Below, one piece after another: positions 49,921-58,790 of a stretch of 64,000 nt of DNA (the first letter of the stretch is position 1; every line of letters begins with the position of its first letter). The position numbers were made by a program, and so were the translations under genes. The notes beneath the pieces were generated by a model that was given only the letters and a program-made list of their open reading frames with translations, was not told the DNA's origin and made no database searches. The stretch is from Candidatus Eremiobacteria bacterium (GTDB taxonomy: Bacteria; Vulcanimicrobiota; Vulcanimicrobiia; Vulcanimicrobiales; Vulcanimicrobiaceae): positions 230,555-294,554 of the forward strand of contig CAVWUU010000002.1 of assembly GCA_963758295.1 (NCBI GenBank). Reading direction: 5' to 3'.

Positions 49921-50424
49921 ATGCGGCTTTTTCGCGCTCTTTTTGTCAGTGCGACGATTGCCATGCTCGCCGCCTGCGCGCATGGTTCGAAGCCTGCTCT
50001 CAGCCCGCGGCCATCCTTGCCACCGTTAATGATCGACGATCGCGGTGTCACCATGCCGCTGGAAGAGGTCGTGACGAAAATATCGTACCGGCCGTGGATT
50101 CCGCCGAATCAGGTCTTGAAATTCGCCGTGATTCCGCCGCTGGGCGACCTTGATACGCCCGAGCATCGCGGTGTCGCGGTGGAATATGTTTCCGGCAATA
50201 AGCCGATGCTGCTTTCCGAATGGCCGAAACAGAACTTCACGTTGCTGTTCTTGCACCAAGACATTTCGGTGCGGCCATGCACTGTCGCGCATTATAAAGC
50301 CGACGGTGTTGCGTGGACGTCTCGCACGAAATTGGCGATGACGTTGCAACCCGACGGCACAATGGGCGCAAAACAAGTTGAAGCAGAAGCACGGCGGCTT
50401 ATCGCCGCCGGCGCCTGCAAATAA
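49921..50424 (+). CDS. Hypothetical lipoprotein
   Basis: Lipobox LAAC. Confidence 0.65.
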   Translation: MRLFRALFVSATIAMLAACAHGSKPALSPRPSLPPLMIDDRGVTMPLEEVVTKISYRPWIPPNQVLKFAVIPPLGDLDTPEHRGVAVEYVSGNKPMLLSEWPKQNFTLLFLHQDISVRPCTVAHYKADGVAWTSRTKLAMTLQPDGTMGAKQVEAEARRLIAAGACK

Positions 50425-50433
50425 ATTCGATTT

Positions 50434-50763
50434 TTACTTTTCGCCTTCGGACGATGCTTCGTCTTCCAGCTTTTTCTTTGCCTCGGCGATCAGCTTCTTG
50501 ACCTTTTGACCGCCCTTGTGGCCGATTTCTTCGTAAAAGTCGGGGCCGTACTTATCCTTGACGACTTTCCCGCCTTTTTGGCCGATTGATTCGTAAAACT
50601 CTACGCCGTGACGGTCGCGCGTTGCTTTGCCGCCTTTTCGACCAATCTCTTCATAGAACGTCGACCCGTAACGATCCCGTACGGTGTCGCCACCCTTTTT
50701 GCCGGCTTCGCGAACGGACATCTCCTTTCGTTCATCCGCGTTACCGCTTTTCTTATCAGCCAT
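50434..50763 (-). CDS. KGG-repeat general stress protein (GsiB/YciG-like)
   Basis: Four 20-aa repeats of the type FYEEIGxKGG. Confidence 0.85.
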   Translation of the reverse strand: MADKKSGNADERKEMSVREAGKKGGDTVRDRYGSTFYEEIGRKGGKATRDRHGVEFYESIGQKGGKVVKDKYGPDFYEEIGHKGGQKVKKLIAEAKKKLEDEASSEGEK

Positions 50764-50807
50764 AAACCCCGAAAGTCGCTATGCAGCGATGAGCGCCCAA
50801 GTAATTG

Positions 50808-51026
50808 CTATGACGACGAGCCCGTCTTGCGCTTCGGTTTCTGTCCGCCTTTTTGGCCGATGACTTCGTAAAACGACGGGCCGTACTTGCTCTTGGTGGC
50901 TTCCCCACCCTTACGTCCTATCTCTTCATAGAATTCGGTGCCATACTTGGCTTTCACGCGCTCGCCGCCACGCCGGCCTGCTTCGCGAACGCTCATCCCG
51001 CCCTGCGGGTCTTCTTGCATCGCCAT
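50808..51026 (-). CDS. KGG-repeat general stress protein
   Basis: MSVREAGRRGG plus two FYExIGxKGG repeats. Confidence 0.85.
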   Translation of the reverse strand: MAMQEDPQGGMSVREAGRRGGERVKAKYGTEFYEEIGRKGGEATKSKYGPSFYEVIGQKGGQKPKRKTGSSS

Positions 51027-51070
51027 CGTCTGCTCACTTCACCTCGAAAGAAAAGGATACAACCGTAAAG

Positions 51071-51095
51071 ATACCCATCCGACCGCTCGGTAAAC
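51071..51095 (-). promoter_or_regulatory. SigB-type promoter of the KGG genes
   Basis: GTTTA-N14-GGGTAT matches the Bacillus SigB consensus. Confidence 0.65.
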
Positions 51096-51111
51096 CCAGG
51101 ATTCGATTAGC

Positions 51112-52572
51112 ATGATCGACACGATCTTGTCGGGCGGCACCATCGTCGACGGTAGCGGGCGGCCGCGTTTTGCGACCGACATCGGCATCGTCGCGAATCA
51201 AATTGCCTTGATCGGCAATTTACAATCGCGAGAAGCCGTGCGCCGGGTCGACTGCCGGGGCACGGTGCTTGCCCCGGGCTCTATCGATGCTTGTTCCCAT
51301 ACCGACGCCGGATGGCTCACGCTTCCAAAGATTCCATCTAAAATTGCGCAAGGCATAACGTCGGAAATAGCCGGAAACTGCGGAAAATCACCGCTTTATG
51401 CCCGAGGCGAATGGACTAATGCCGACGAATTTTTTAGGTCGGTTGACCTGCACGGCATTGGAGCAAACGGCGCAATGCTCGTTGGGCTATCCGACGCATC
51501 GTCTTGCGAAGATCGGCTCAGTGCCATTCGCAACGCATGCGAAGCGGGCGCTTGCGGTGCGAGCATCGATATGCGCGCTACGTCATCGGATGAAGCCTTC
51601 GCAGCAATGAACGCCGCGCGCAGCGGCGGCGCAGCTCGCGCTACGGTAAGGCTGCGTGACGATGCAGACGACGTGTTGACGTCGCTTGACGAGGCCATTG
51701 CGTGCGCGCAACGTGCAGACGTAACGCTTCACGTATCACATCATCGCGTGCCGCGTTCACATGCGGGCCTGATGGAGCGCACGCTGGAGCGCATGGACGC
51801 TGCTCGCGCAGCCGGAATAGCCGTTACGTGCGACGTGTATCCGTACGTAGCCACATGGATGGAGTTGAGTTCGTTACTCCCGGCGAGCGTGCGCGAACGC
51901 GACGATCGAACGGCGTTGCTCGGAGATCCGGCGGCTTGCTCGGCGATGGCAATCGAGATGCAGGCGCGGCTCGGTGCGCATTGGCACGACTACATGCTCG
52001 CGGAAGTCGGCAATGAAAGAAACATGGCATGGTGCGGCATGCGCCTTGACGAGATCGCGCGGCAACGCCGGCTGCCGGCGTCGCACGCCGTTTTGGAGCT
52101 GCTGCGCGATGAAGGAGAGCGGGCGCGCATCTTTGCCTTTACGCTGGACGAAGAAGACCTTGCGATGGCGCTCACTGCCGGCTTCACAGCGGTTGGAACG
52201 GCGGCGGCCGCATATGCGCCCGATACGATCGTTTTTGGAAACCCGCATCCGCGTACGTTCGGGACGTTCCCGCGTGTGCTACGCCGGTTCGTTGCGCAAC
52301 GCAAGACGCTTGCGCTGGAAGAGGCGATCCGGCGCATGTCGTCGTTACCTGCACGGATTTTCGGCCTCGAGAAGCGTGGCGAAATCAGCGAAGGCTTCTT
52401 CGCCGATATCGCGATTTTCGACGAACGCACCGTCGCCGACACCGCGACGTATCATCGCGCGATGTCCTTCCCGGCCGGCATTAAGCACGTTTTCGTAAAT
52501 GGGACGACGGTGGTTTCTGATGGGACGTTGTCGAACGCTCGTCCCGGCCGTATCTTACGTGGAGGAGCTTGA
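51112..52572 (+). CDS. N-acyl-D-amino-acid deacylase-like amidohydrolase with degenerate active site
   Basis: GGTIVDGSG, QGITSEIAGNCG, DVYPY, PHPRTFGTFPR and VFVNG are present, but several metal ligands are substituted. Confidence 0.8.
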   Translation: MIDTILSGGTIVDGSGRPRFATDIGIVANQIALIGNLQSREAVRRVDCRGTVLAPGSIDACSHTDAGWLTLPKIPSKIAQGITSEIAGNCGKSPLYARGEWTNADEFFRSVDLHGIGANGAMLVGLSDASSCEDRLSAIRNACEAGACGASIDMRATSSDEAFAAMNAARSGGAARATVRLRDDADDVLTSLDEAIACAQRADVTLHVSHHRVPRSHAGLMERTLERMDAARAAGIAVTCDVYPYVATWMELSSLLPASVRERDDRTALLGDPAACSAMAIEMQARLGAHWHDYMLAEVGNERNMAWCGMRLDEIARQRRLPASHAVLELLRDEGERARIFAFTLDEEDLAMALTAGFTAVGTAAAAYAPDTIVFGNPHPRTFGTFPRVLRRFVAQRKTLALEEAIRRMSSLPARIFGLEKRGEISEGFFADIAIFDERTVADTATYHRAMSFPAGIKHVFVNGTTVVSDGTLSNARPGRILRGGA

Positions 52573-53180
52573 TGCTTAGCGCGATTACGCTGAGCCTGCA
52601 ATTGCAGCGGACGACCTACGACTTGCTCGATGCGCTAAGCATTGAAGTCGCGGCACATAACACCGGCAAAGCGCCGGTGAGCGTTCGCTTTCCCGCACCG
52701 CCCGAATATCGAATCGACGTGCTGCACAACGGCAACGTCATCTGGAGTTCGATGACCGCCGCTACAGCAACGGCCATCCCTCCGCACGCGAAGCTCCTAA
52801 TGCCCGGTCCTACGGTCCTTGCGGTGTACGTTTGGAACGAAACCGCGAAGGACGGCGCAAGCATTGCTCCGGGCGATTACACGATACACGCGCAGATGTT
52901 GGGTGAAGCGGCCTCTGCGGAAAGCTCGGTGCGCGTGAAATTCGCGTCGCCGACGCCCGTGAGCGTTCTTAGCTCCTTGCACCAAGGCGACCAAGTGACG
53001 ATCGTAGGGGCGCTCGACGCGACGCGCGCTTCGTTAACCGATTCAAGCGGCACCATTCCGCTCGCGAGACGCCTCCTGGGCGCGCCCGACGGAACGGTTG
53101 CCATTCGTGGGTACCTGACGACCCTCGCCGATAAAACGCACGCATTCTTCGTCGAACGCTGGGCACCGCTCGAGAAGTAA
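52569..53180 (+). CDS. Hypothetical protein with BsuPI-like Ig domain
   Basis: AHNTGKAPVSVRFP..VIWSS..PGDYTI. Confidence 0.5.
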   Translation: MMLSAITLSLQLQRTTYDLLDALSIEVAAHNTGKAPVSVRFPAPPEYRIDVLHNGNVIWSSMTAATATAIPPHAKLLMPGPTVLAVYVWNETAKDGASIAPGDYTIHAQMLGEAASAESSVRVKFASPTPVSVLSSLHQGDQVTIVGALDATRASLTDSSGTIPLARRLLGAPDGTVAIRGYLTTLADKTHAFFVERWAPLEK

Positions 53181-53181
53181 C

Positions 53182-54999
53182 GTGGAATTGCTTCGCTTCT
53201 CCGGACTCGAACAACATTACGGCGCGCGAGAGATTTTCAGCGATGTCTCCGGCGTCCTCCGTGATGGCGAACGCATTGCGCTTGTCGGTCCAAACGGCGC
53301 CGGCAAATCGACACTGCTTCGCATGCTCGCAGGCGTTACCACACCGTTCGGCGGAAGTATCACGCGCGCGCGCGACGCGCGCTTGGGCTACCTTGCGCAA
53401 GGCGTTGCCGATGAAACGCAAACAACGCTCCAGGAGCTGATCGACGCAGCCCTTTCACGTGTTGCCGACGCGGAGTGGGGCATCACCAACAAGCGCCTGC
53501 GGACGATGCTCGATGCGTTCGGTTTTACATCCGACGATTATGCTCGTCCGCTGCGCGAATTCTCCGGCGGCCAACGCGCGAAAGCAGCATTAGCGCATCT
53601 GCTAATCGACGAACCCGATTACCTCATCCTCGACGAACCGACGAACCATCTCGATATTTCCACGGTGCGTTGGCTGGAAAGCTTTATCGCCGGCGACAAG
53701 CGGGCATATATCATCGTTTCACACGATCGGTACTTCATCGACCGTGTCGCAACCCAAGTATGGGAGATGGATCGCGCAAAGCTTCACGTCTATGCGGCCG
53801 AACGTCCCGCGTACACGGGTTACCTTCGGCAGCGCGAGATTCGACATGCGGAAGCGCGCGAAGCCTATACGAGGTACGTCGAAGAGCGGGACAAAGCACG
53901 CGCGACGGTCGCAGGCTTACGCGCCACGCACACGTCGAGCGACTACAGCCAGGTCCGAAGCCGCGAAAAGCAGCTTGCGCGTTTGGAAGAGCAAATGCTC
54001 GCGCCGGAACCGCCGCCCGAGCGCCGCGCGATTTCGGTACGCCTGGACGCTACACGCCGCGCTACTCAAGGCTTTGCCTTCGAAGCGAAGGACGTAAGCA
54101 AAAGATATTCGATGCCACTTTTCGACGACGTAACGGTCGACGTGCAGCAGAACGACCGGCTCGCGATCGTCGGGCCGAACGGCGCCGGAAAGTCGACGTT
54201 GCTGAAAGTGTTGGCGGGAGATCTCGAGCCGGATCGCGGCGCCGTACGTTACAATCCCGCCGTACGACACGCGTACTTCGCCCAAAACGCGCACGACCAG
54301 CTGAACGTATCGCAAACGGCGGTCGAAGCATTGCTTGACGGCGCGCGAATTACCGAAGAAGAGGCGCGCGCCTTGCTTGGCCGCATGCGGATCTCCGGTG
54401 AAGCAGCGGACAAACCGATCCATTCGTTCTCAGGGGGCGAACGCCGCCGTATCATGCTCGCGCGCCTGATGGCGCAAGCGTCGGACGTGCTGCTGCTGGA
54501 CGAGCCGACGAATGACCTCGACATGCAAAGCCGGGAAGCCTTGGAAGACGTGCTCAGCGAGTACGCCGGCGCTATCGTGGTCGTCTCGCACGACCGCTAT
54601 TTGCTCGATCGTCTGAGCGACCGCGTTCTTTGGATTGAAGACGGCGCATGGGGCCTGCTCGAAGGCGGCTACAGCGCCTACGAAGCGCAGCAGCGCGAAC
54701 GCGAAGCTTCCAGTCGTGAACGCGCGACGGGTGAGGAACGCAAAACCCAAAGCTCGCGCATGACGCCACTTAAAGTGCGTTCCCAACTTACGGCCAAAGT
54801 CGCCCGCATAGAACGCGACATCGAAAAAGTCGACGCGCGCAAAGCGCAAATCGAAGAACTGTTTTCACAGCCGGATCTCTACGAGGATCGGCCTCGCGTC
54901 AAAGCGCTTCAGGCCGAATTGGAATCGCTGGCGGCAAGAGGCACGACGATGCTCACCCAATGGGAAGCAGCAGTGGAAGAACTGGAATCCCTCGCATGA
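53182..54999 (+). CDS. ABC-F family ATPase (Uup-like)
   Basis: Two ABC cassettes (GPNGAGKST, FSGG, LDEPTN, SHDRY), no TM, and a C-terminal coiled coil. Confidence 0.9.
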   Translation: MELLRFSGLEQHYGAREIFSDVSGVLRDGERIALVGPNGAGKSTLLRMLAGVTTPFGGSITRARDARLGYLAQGVADETQTTLQELIDAALSRVADAEWGITNKRLRTMLDAFGFTSDDYARPLREFSGGQRAKAALAHLLIDEPDYLILDEPTNHLDISTVRWLESFIAGDKRAYIIVSHDRYFIDRVATQVWEMDRAKLHVYAAERPAYTGYLRQREIRHAEAREAYTRYVEERDKARATVAGLRATHTSSDYSQVRSREKQLARLEEQMLAPEPPPERRAISVRLDATRRATQGFAFEAKDVSKRYSMPLFDDVTVDVQQNDRLAIVGPNGAGKSTLLKVLAGDLEPDRGAVRYNPAVRHAYFAQNAHDQLNVSQTAVEALLDGARITEEEARALLGRMRISGEAADKPIHSFSGGERRRIMLARLMAQASDVLLLDEPTNDLDMQSREALEDVLSEYAGAIVVVSHDRYLLDRLSDRVLWIEDGAWGLLEGGYSAYEAQQREREASSRERATGEERKTQSSRMTPLKVRSQLTAKVARIERDIEKVDARKAQIEELFSQPDLYEDRPRVKALQAELESLAARGTTMLTQWEAAVEELESLA

Positions 55000-55080
55000 T
55001 CGCGCTCATACAAGCCTCGCGCGCTGCATGATGTAGAGTTGCTAGCATAAAGCAAAGACAAGCATGGGAAGAATCTCAAC

Positions 55081-55617
55081 ATGAAGATCTCGCACCTTGC
55101 TACCGGTTTGTTGCTCGCGACAGCGCTGCTTTCTTCGCCGGCACTGGCGCATACGGTCTACGCGCCCAATGCAACGGGCGACCTCGTGCAAGCCGGCGGA
55201 GGCGCAGGGAGTTTTTCCATCGTACGCGCCTTTTCGAATCTTGTCGGACAAACAACGTATCAGAGCGTTTTGCTGCAAGAGCGCAATCGCTTCGGCGCGG
55301 ATGCGGTCGATCAGTTCGTTGAGATTTTCGATTACGCGATCGCGGACGGCTGGCAACGCGCAGGAAAGGCCGACGTTGCGGTTCGCACCGATTCGTTATC
55401 GGGATCGCAGCTCGTCAACACGCTACTCCAGCTGGGAACGGGCAAGAACGGGCGATTCGATAGCGGGACGCTCTTCAACGCGCTCTTTACGCCCAAGGTG
55501 AGCGCGCAAATCGCAGCCGACGTCGCAAAGAAATACGGCAACCAGGCAATGGGGTCGTTTTACCGCGTCGGCGATAACTTCTTCAACGATCTTCGCTCGA
55601 CGCTATCAAACGGCTGA
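55081..55617 (+). CDS. Secreted hypothetical protein
   Basis: Signal peptide ending PALA. Confidence 0.6.
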   Translation: MKISHLATGLLLATALLSSPALAHTVYAPNATGDLVQAGGGAGSFSIVRAFSNLVGQTTYQSVLLQERNRFGADAVDQFVEIFDYAIADGWQRAGKADVAVRTDSLSGSQLVNTLLQLGTGKNGRFDSGTLFNALFTPKVSAQIAADVAKKYGNQAMGSFYRVGDNFFNDLRSTLSNG

Positions 55618-56190
55618 TTTGAGCGCCTCGTAGACCGAACGAACGCGCTCGCGCAGATGCGCGAGATTCCCGTCGTTCTCAACGACGTAGTCGGCACGCT
55701 TCCGAGCCTCTTCGGGATCGATCTGCGCCTCCATGCGCGCGCGCACGTGTAACTCGTCGATGCGATCGCGCAGCGTGACACGTCGAATGCGGTCTTCGTC
55801 AGGCGCGATGACGAGAATAGACTTATCGACTAGCTCGCCATAGCCGGTCTCGAAAAGCAGCGGCACGACGTGAACGATAAGCTGTCCCGGCTTCGCGTGC
55901 TTCTCGCGCTCTTGCGCCAGACGGCGGATGAACGGATGGACGATCGAGTTTAGGCGCTCGCGAGCGAGCGGATCGTGGAAAACGACTTCCGCCAAAGCCG
56001 GCCGGTCTAGCTGACCGTGCCGAATGACGTTCGGCCACACGCGCGCGATGGCCATGAGCCCGTCGCTATGGGGTGCGACCGCCTCACGCGCTAAGACGTC
56101 GGTATCGACGATGAAGGTGCCAAGCTCTTCGAGGATGCGCGCAACCTCGCTTTTGCCCGAGCCGATTCCGCCCGTGAGCCCAATTCGCAT
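55606..56190 (-). CDS. coaE: Dephospho-CoA kinase
   Basis: IGLTGGIGSGKS, IVHP and PLLFE. Confidence 0.95.
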   Translation of the reverse strand: MRIGLTGGIGSGKSEVARILEELGTFIVDTDVLAREAVAPHSDGLMAIARVWPNVIRHGQLDRPALAEVVFHDPLARERLNSIVHPFIRRLAQEREKHAKPGQLIVHVVPLLFETGYGELVDKSILVIAPDEDRIRRVTLRDRIDELHVRARMEAQIDPEEARKRADYVVENDGNLAHLRERVRSVYEALKSAV

Positions 56191-56270
56191 GAGGCCGTTT
56201 TCGCCGCGAGAATCGCTGACGCCTTATGTTTTCGATCCATCGATCGCTAACATCGAATACGCTCGGTGGA

Positions 56271-56305
56271 AAAACAAAGGAGCGCGGAAGATCCGCGCTC
56301 CTTTG
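56271..56305 (-). terminator. Intrinsic terminator after rpsA
   Basis: CAAAGGAGCGCGGA-TCT-TCCGCGCTCCTTTG-TTTT. Confidence 0.8.
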
Positions 56306-56322
56306 CCGTAGCCGTTAAGCCG

Positions 56323-57477
56323 CTAGTTAGTGCTGGGGATGCCGACCGCGTCGCCAATCGTGCCGAGGCCTTCATCGTCGATCGTCAGCGCTTCCAGCTC
56401 CGAAGGATCGACATCTGCGACGTGTTGGATCGACGCAGTGATGCGGCGTGTGGCGTTGTTGATCGTCAACAGCGTCACTTCGACGTCCTGGCCCGGGTTG
56501 AACTGCGCGTTCGGGTCGAACTCGCCCTTCGGGACCATCGCGAGGATGCCGGGAACGATTTCAACGAGCAGGTAGTTCGGCGTAACCTTGACGACTTGCG
56601 CGGTGAGTTTGTTCGTTTCGAAGAGTTTGTCCGAATGTTCGTCCCACGGATCCGGCAGCGCATGCTTGAGCGACAGGCTGACCTTCTTCGCTTCGGAATC
56701 GAACTTCATGATTTCGACCTGAACGACATCGCCGATCTTCACCACTTCAGAAGGGTGCTTGATACGGGCGTAGCTCAGTTCGCTGTTGTGGATCAAGCCA
56801 TCGATGCCGCCGAGATCGACGAACGCACCGAAGTCCGCGAGACGCACGACGACGCCTTCACGAATCTGGCCGACTTCCAACGTGTCGAGCAGCTCCTGTT
56901 TCTTCGCCTGCAGTTCTTCTTCGAGCACGAGGCGCTGCGAGAGGACGACGCGATGGCGTTTGTGGTCGAGATCGATCACTTTCAAACGAAGTTTCTGACC
57001 GACCAGTTCGTCGAGATTGCCCACCGGCTGGCGGCGGATCTGAGACGCCGGCACGAAGCCGCGCATTCCAAGGTCGACAAGGACGCCGCCCTTGACGACT
57101 TGCGTAACGGTCGCTTCGATGACTTCGTCGCGATCGTGCGCTTCAATGACTTTCTCCCACGTCTTGAGCGCGCGTGCGCGGCGCTCGGAGAGGAAGAGCG
57201 TGCCATCCATGTCGTCGATGCGGTGAATCATCACCTCGAGGGTGTCACCGACTTTGAGGGCTTTGGGTTCGACCGCCAGCGAGAGCTCGCGGAAAGGAAG
57301 AACGCCTTCGGATTTACCGCCGACGTCGACAAGCAGCTCGTCCTTATCCTTTTGGACGATCATGCCGTTAAGCACTTGGCCCTCGTCGAGGACCTTAAGC
57401 GACTCTTCATAGAGACGCTGTTCGAGCGCGAGTTGATCTTCCTCGTCGTGAGCGGGAGCGATTTCAGTCGTAGAGAT
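56323..57477 (-). CDS. rpsA: 30S ribosomal protein S1 (four S1 domains, probable ATC start)
   Basis: [32 protein letters not shown] and VSLSLK. The frame stays open 5' of GTG 57375 up to a TAA at 57493-95. Confidence 0.88.
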   Translation of the reverse strand: MSTTEIAPAHDEEDQLALEQRLYEESLKVLDEGQVLNGMIVQKDKDELLVDVGGKSEGVLPFRELSLAVEPKALKVGDTLEVMIHRIDDMDGTLFLSERRARALKTWEKVIEAHDRDEVIEATVTQVVKGGVLVDLGMRGFVPASQIRRQPVGNLDELVGQKLRLKVIDLDHKRHRVVLSQRLVLEEELQAKKQELLDTLEVGQIREGVVVRLADFGAFVDLGGIDGLIHNSELSYARIKHPSEVVKIGDVVQVEIMKFDSEAKKVSLSLKHALPDPWDEHSDKLFETNKLTAQVVKVTPNYLLVEIVPGILAMVPKGEFDPNAQFNPGQDVEVTLLTINNATRRITASIQHVADVDPSELEALTIDDEGLGTIGDAVGIPSTN

Positions 57478-57516
57478 GTTGAAGTTCCTACCTTAATTTA
57501 TATTTTCTTTTGCGGA

Positions 57517-58329
57517 TTAACGCTGGCACTTTCGGCACCACCACGTTCCTCGTTGCGCGAGCACGGTTCTTTGAATCGGGCCTTTGCAGCGTGGGCACGC
57601 TTCACCGGATCTTCCGTAGACCGCGAGCACGTTTTGGAAACCGCCTCGCAAGCCTTCGGCATCCACGTAGTCGTCGACGCTCGTCCCGCGCATATCGATT
57701 GCGCGTCTCAAGACATCTACGATTGCGCGGTGTAACCGGCGAATCGCTGGTTTGGTCAACGCCTTCGCAGGCCGGTCGGGTTTTATCCCAGCCTCCCACA
57801 ACGCTTCGCATGCATAGATGTTTCCGATGCCTGCTATGCGCTTTTGGTCGAGGAGCAAAGCCTTGACCGGCGTCGTCCGCCCGATGAGCATACAGATAAA
57901 GCCTTCCGGTGTAAAGCCTGAAGAAAGTGGCTCTACGCCGAGACTTATGTCCCATGGCTCGCCTGGTTCCACGAGCCGCATACGGCCGAAAGTGCGAACA
58001 TCCGCGAAGCTTAACCGCGTCTCGTCCGTAAAATACAACACGATATGCGTGCCCTTGTATTCGGGGGCATCCGCCGGACCGGCCACCAAGCGACCTGTCA
58101 TCCGCAGGCTCGTTACCAGGGTCCGGCCCGATTTCAGCCCGATCAGCACGTATTTGCCCCGGCGTCCCGTAGCGGTAATTTGCTCGCCCACCAGCGAGGC
58201 GGCGAAGTCTACGCCGGGCGGCGCGACTGCCATTTTCGGCAGCCGCACTTCCACCGATTCGATTGTTTTTCCGACGACGGCGTGAGACAAGCCATGCGCT
58301 ATCGTCTCGACTTCAGGCAGTTCGGGCAT
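57517..58329 (-). CDS. mutM: Formamidopyrimidine-DNA glycosylase
   Basis: MPELPEVET, RRGKY, GIGNIY and a C-terminal zinc finger CPRC..CRKCQ. Confidence 0.95.
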   Translation of the reverse strand: MPELPEVETIAHGLSHAVVGKTIESVEVRLPKMAVAPPGVDFAASLVGEQITATGRRGKYVLIGLKSGRTLVTSLRMTGRLVAGPADAPEYKGTHIVLYFTDETRLSFADVRTFGRMRLVEPGEPWDISLGVEPLSSGFTPEGFICMLIGRTTPVKALLLDQKRIAGIGNIYACEALWEAGIKPDRPAKALTKPAIRRLHRAIVDVLRRAIDMRGTSVDDYVDAEGLRGGFQNVLAVYGRSGEACPRCKGPIQRTVLAQRGTWWCRKCQR

Positions 58330-58373
58330 CCCAAGTGAGAAGAACCCGCCCTCGCCCTTAACGGATGCGTCGG

Positions 58374-58742
58374 CTAGTCGCCGTGCGCGAAGAGGTCTAC
58401 GATCACGGTCTTTCCGTCCTGAGGCGTGACCGACGCGCTATATTGCGGGAGACCGTCTTCGAATGCATCGAGGATGTAGATTTGGTTCTTCAATCCGTTG
58501 AAGCAGTACGACCCGTCCAGATTGACTGTCGTGCGATGCTCGTCGCCGGTTGACGATCTTGCGATGATAATGTTGTCGTGCGTCGGAGACTGCTGCAAAC
58601 GCAAGATCGCAAGCGCGGGAGCATCCACGCGGCCGCATACGCTGCCGCTGCCGCCGGATTGCGCGTTTTGTGCGGCCTGGGCGTGGAAAGGCGCCGCGAT
58701 TGCTAGACCGAGCGCAATCGCAAGAGCATATCGTTTTTGCAT
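58374..58742 (-). CDS. Small secreted protein (carboxypeptidase-regulatory-like fold)
   Basis: Signal peptide, DGSYCFNGL and two Cys. Confidence 0.55.
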   Translation of the reverse strand: MQKRYALAIALGLAIAAPFHAQAAQNAQSGGSGSVCGRVDAPALAILRLQQSPTHDNIIIARSSTGDEHRTTVNLDGSYCFNGLKNQIYILDAFEDGLPQYSASVTPQDGKTVIVDLFAHGD

Positions 58743-58790
58743 GCTCGTTCAACGCTCGCTTCGTAAACGTCGTGACTTTTTTGCGATGTG

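Noticed and set aside
50434..51026. 60-bp periodic repeats as a CRISPR-like array
   Set aside because: They are degenerate coding repeats of KGG proteins. I saw no CRISPR array, cas gene, tRNA or rRNA anywhere in the window.
56266..57735. 489-aa plus-strand ORF
   Set aside because: Antisense shadow of rpsA caused by codon bias.
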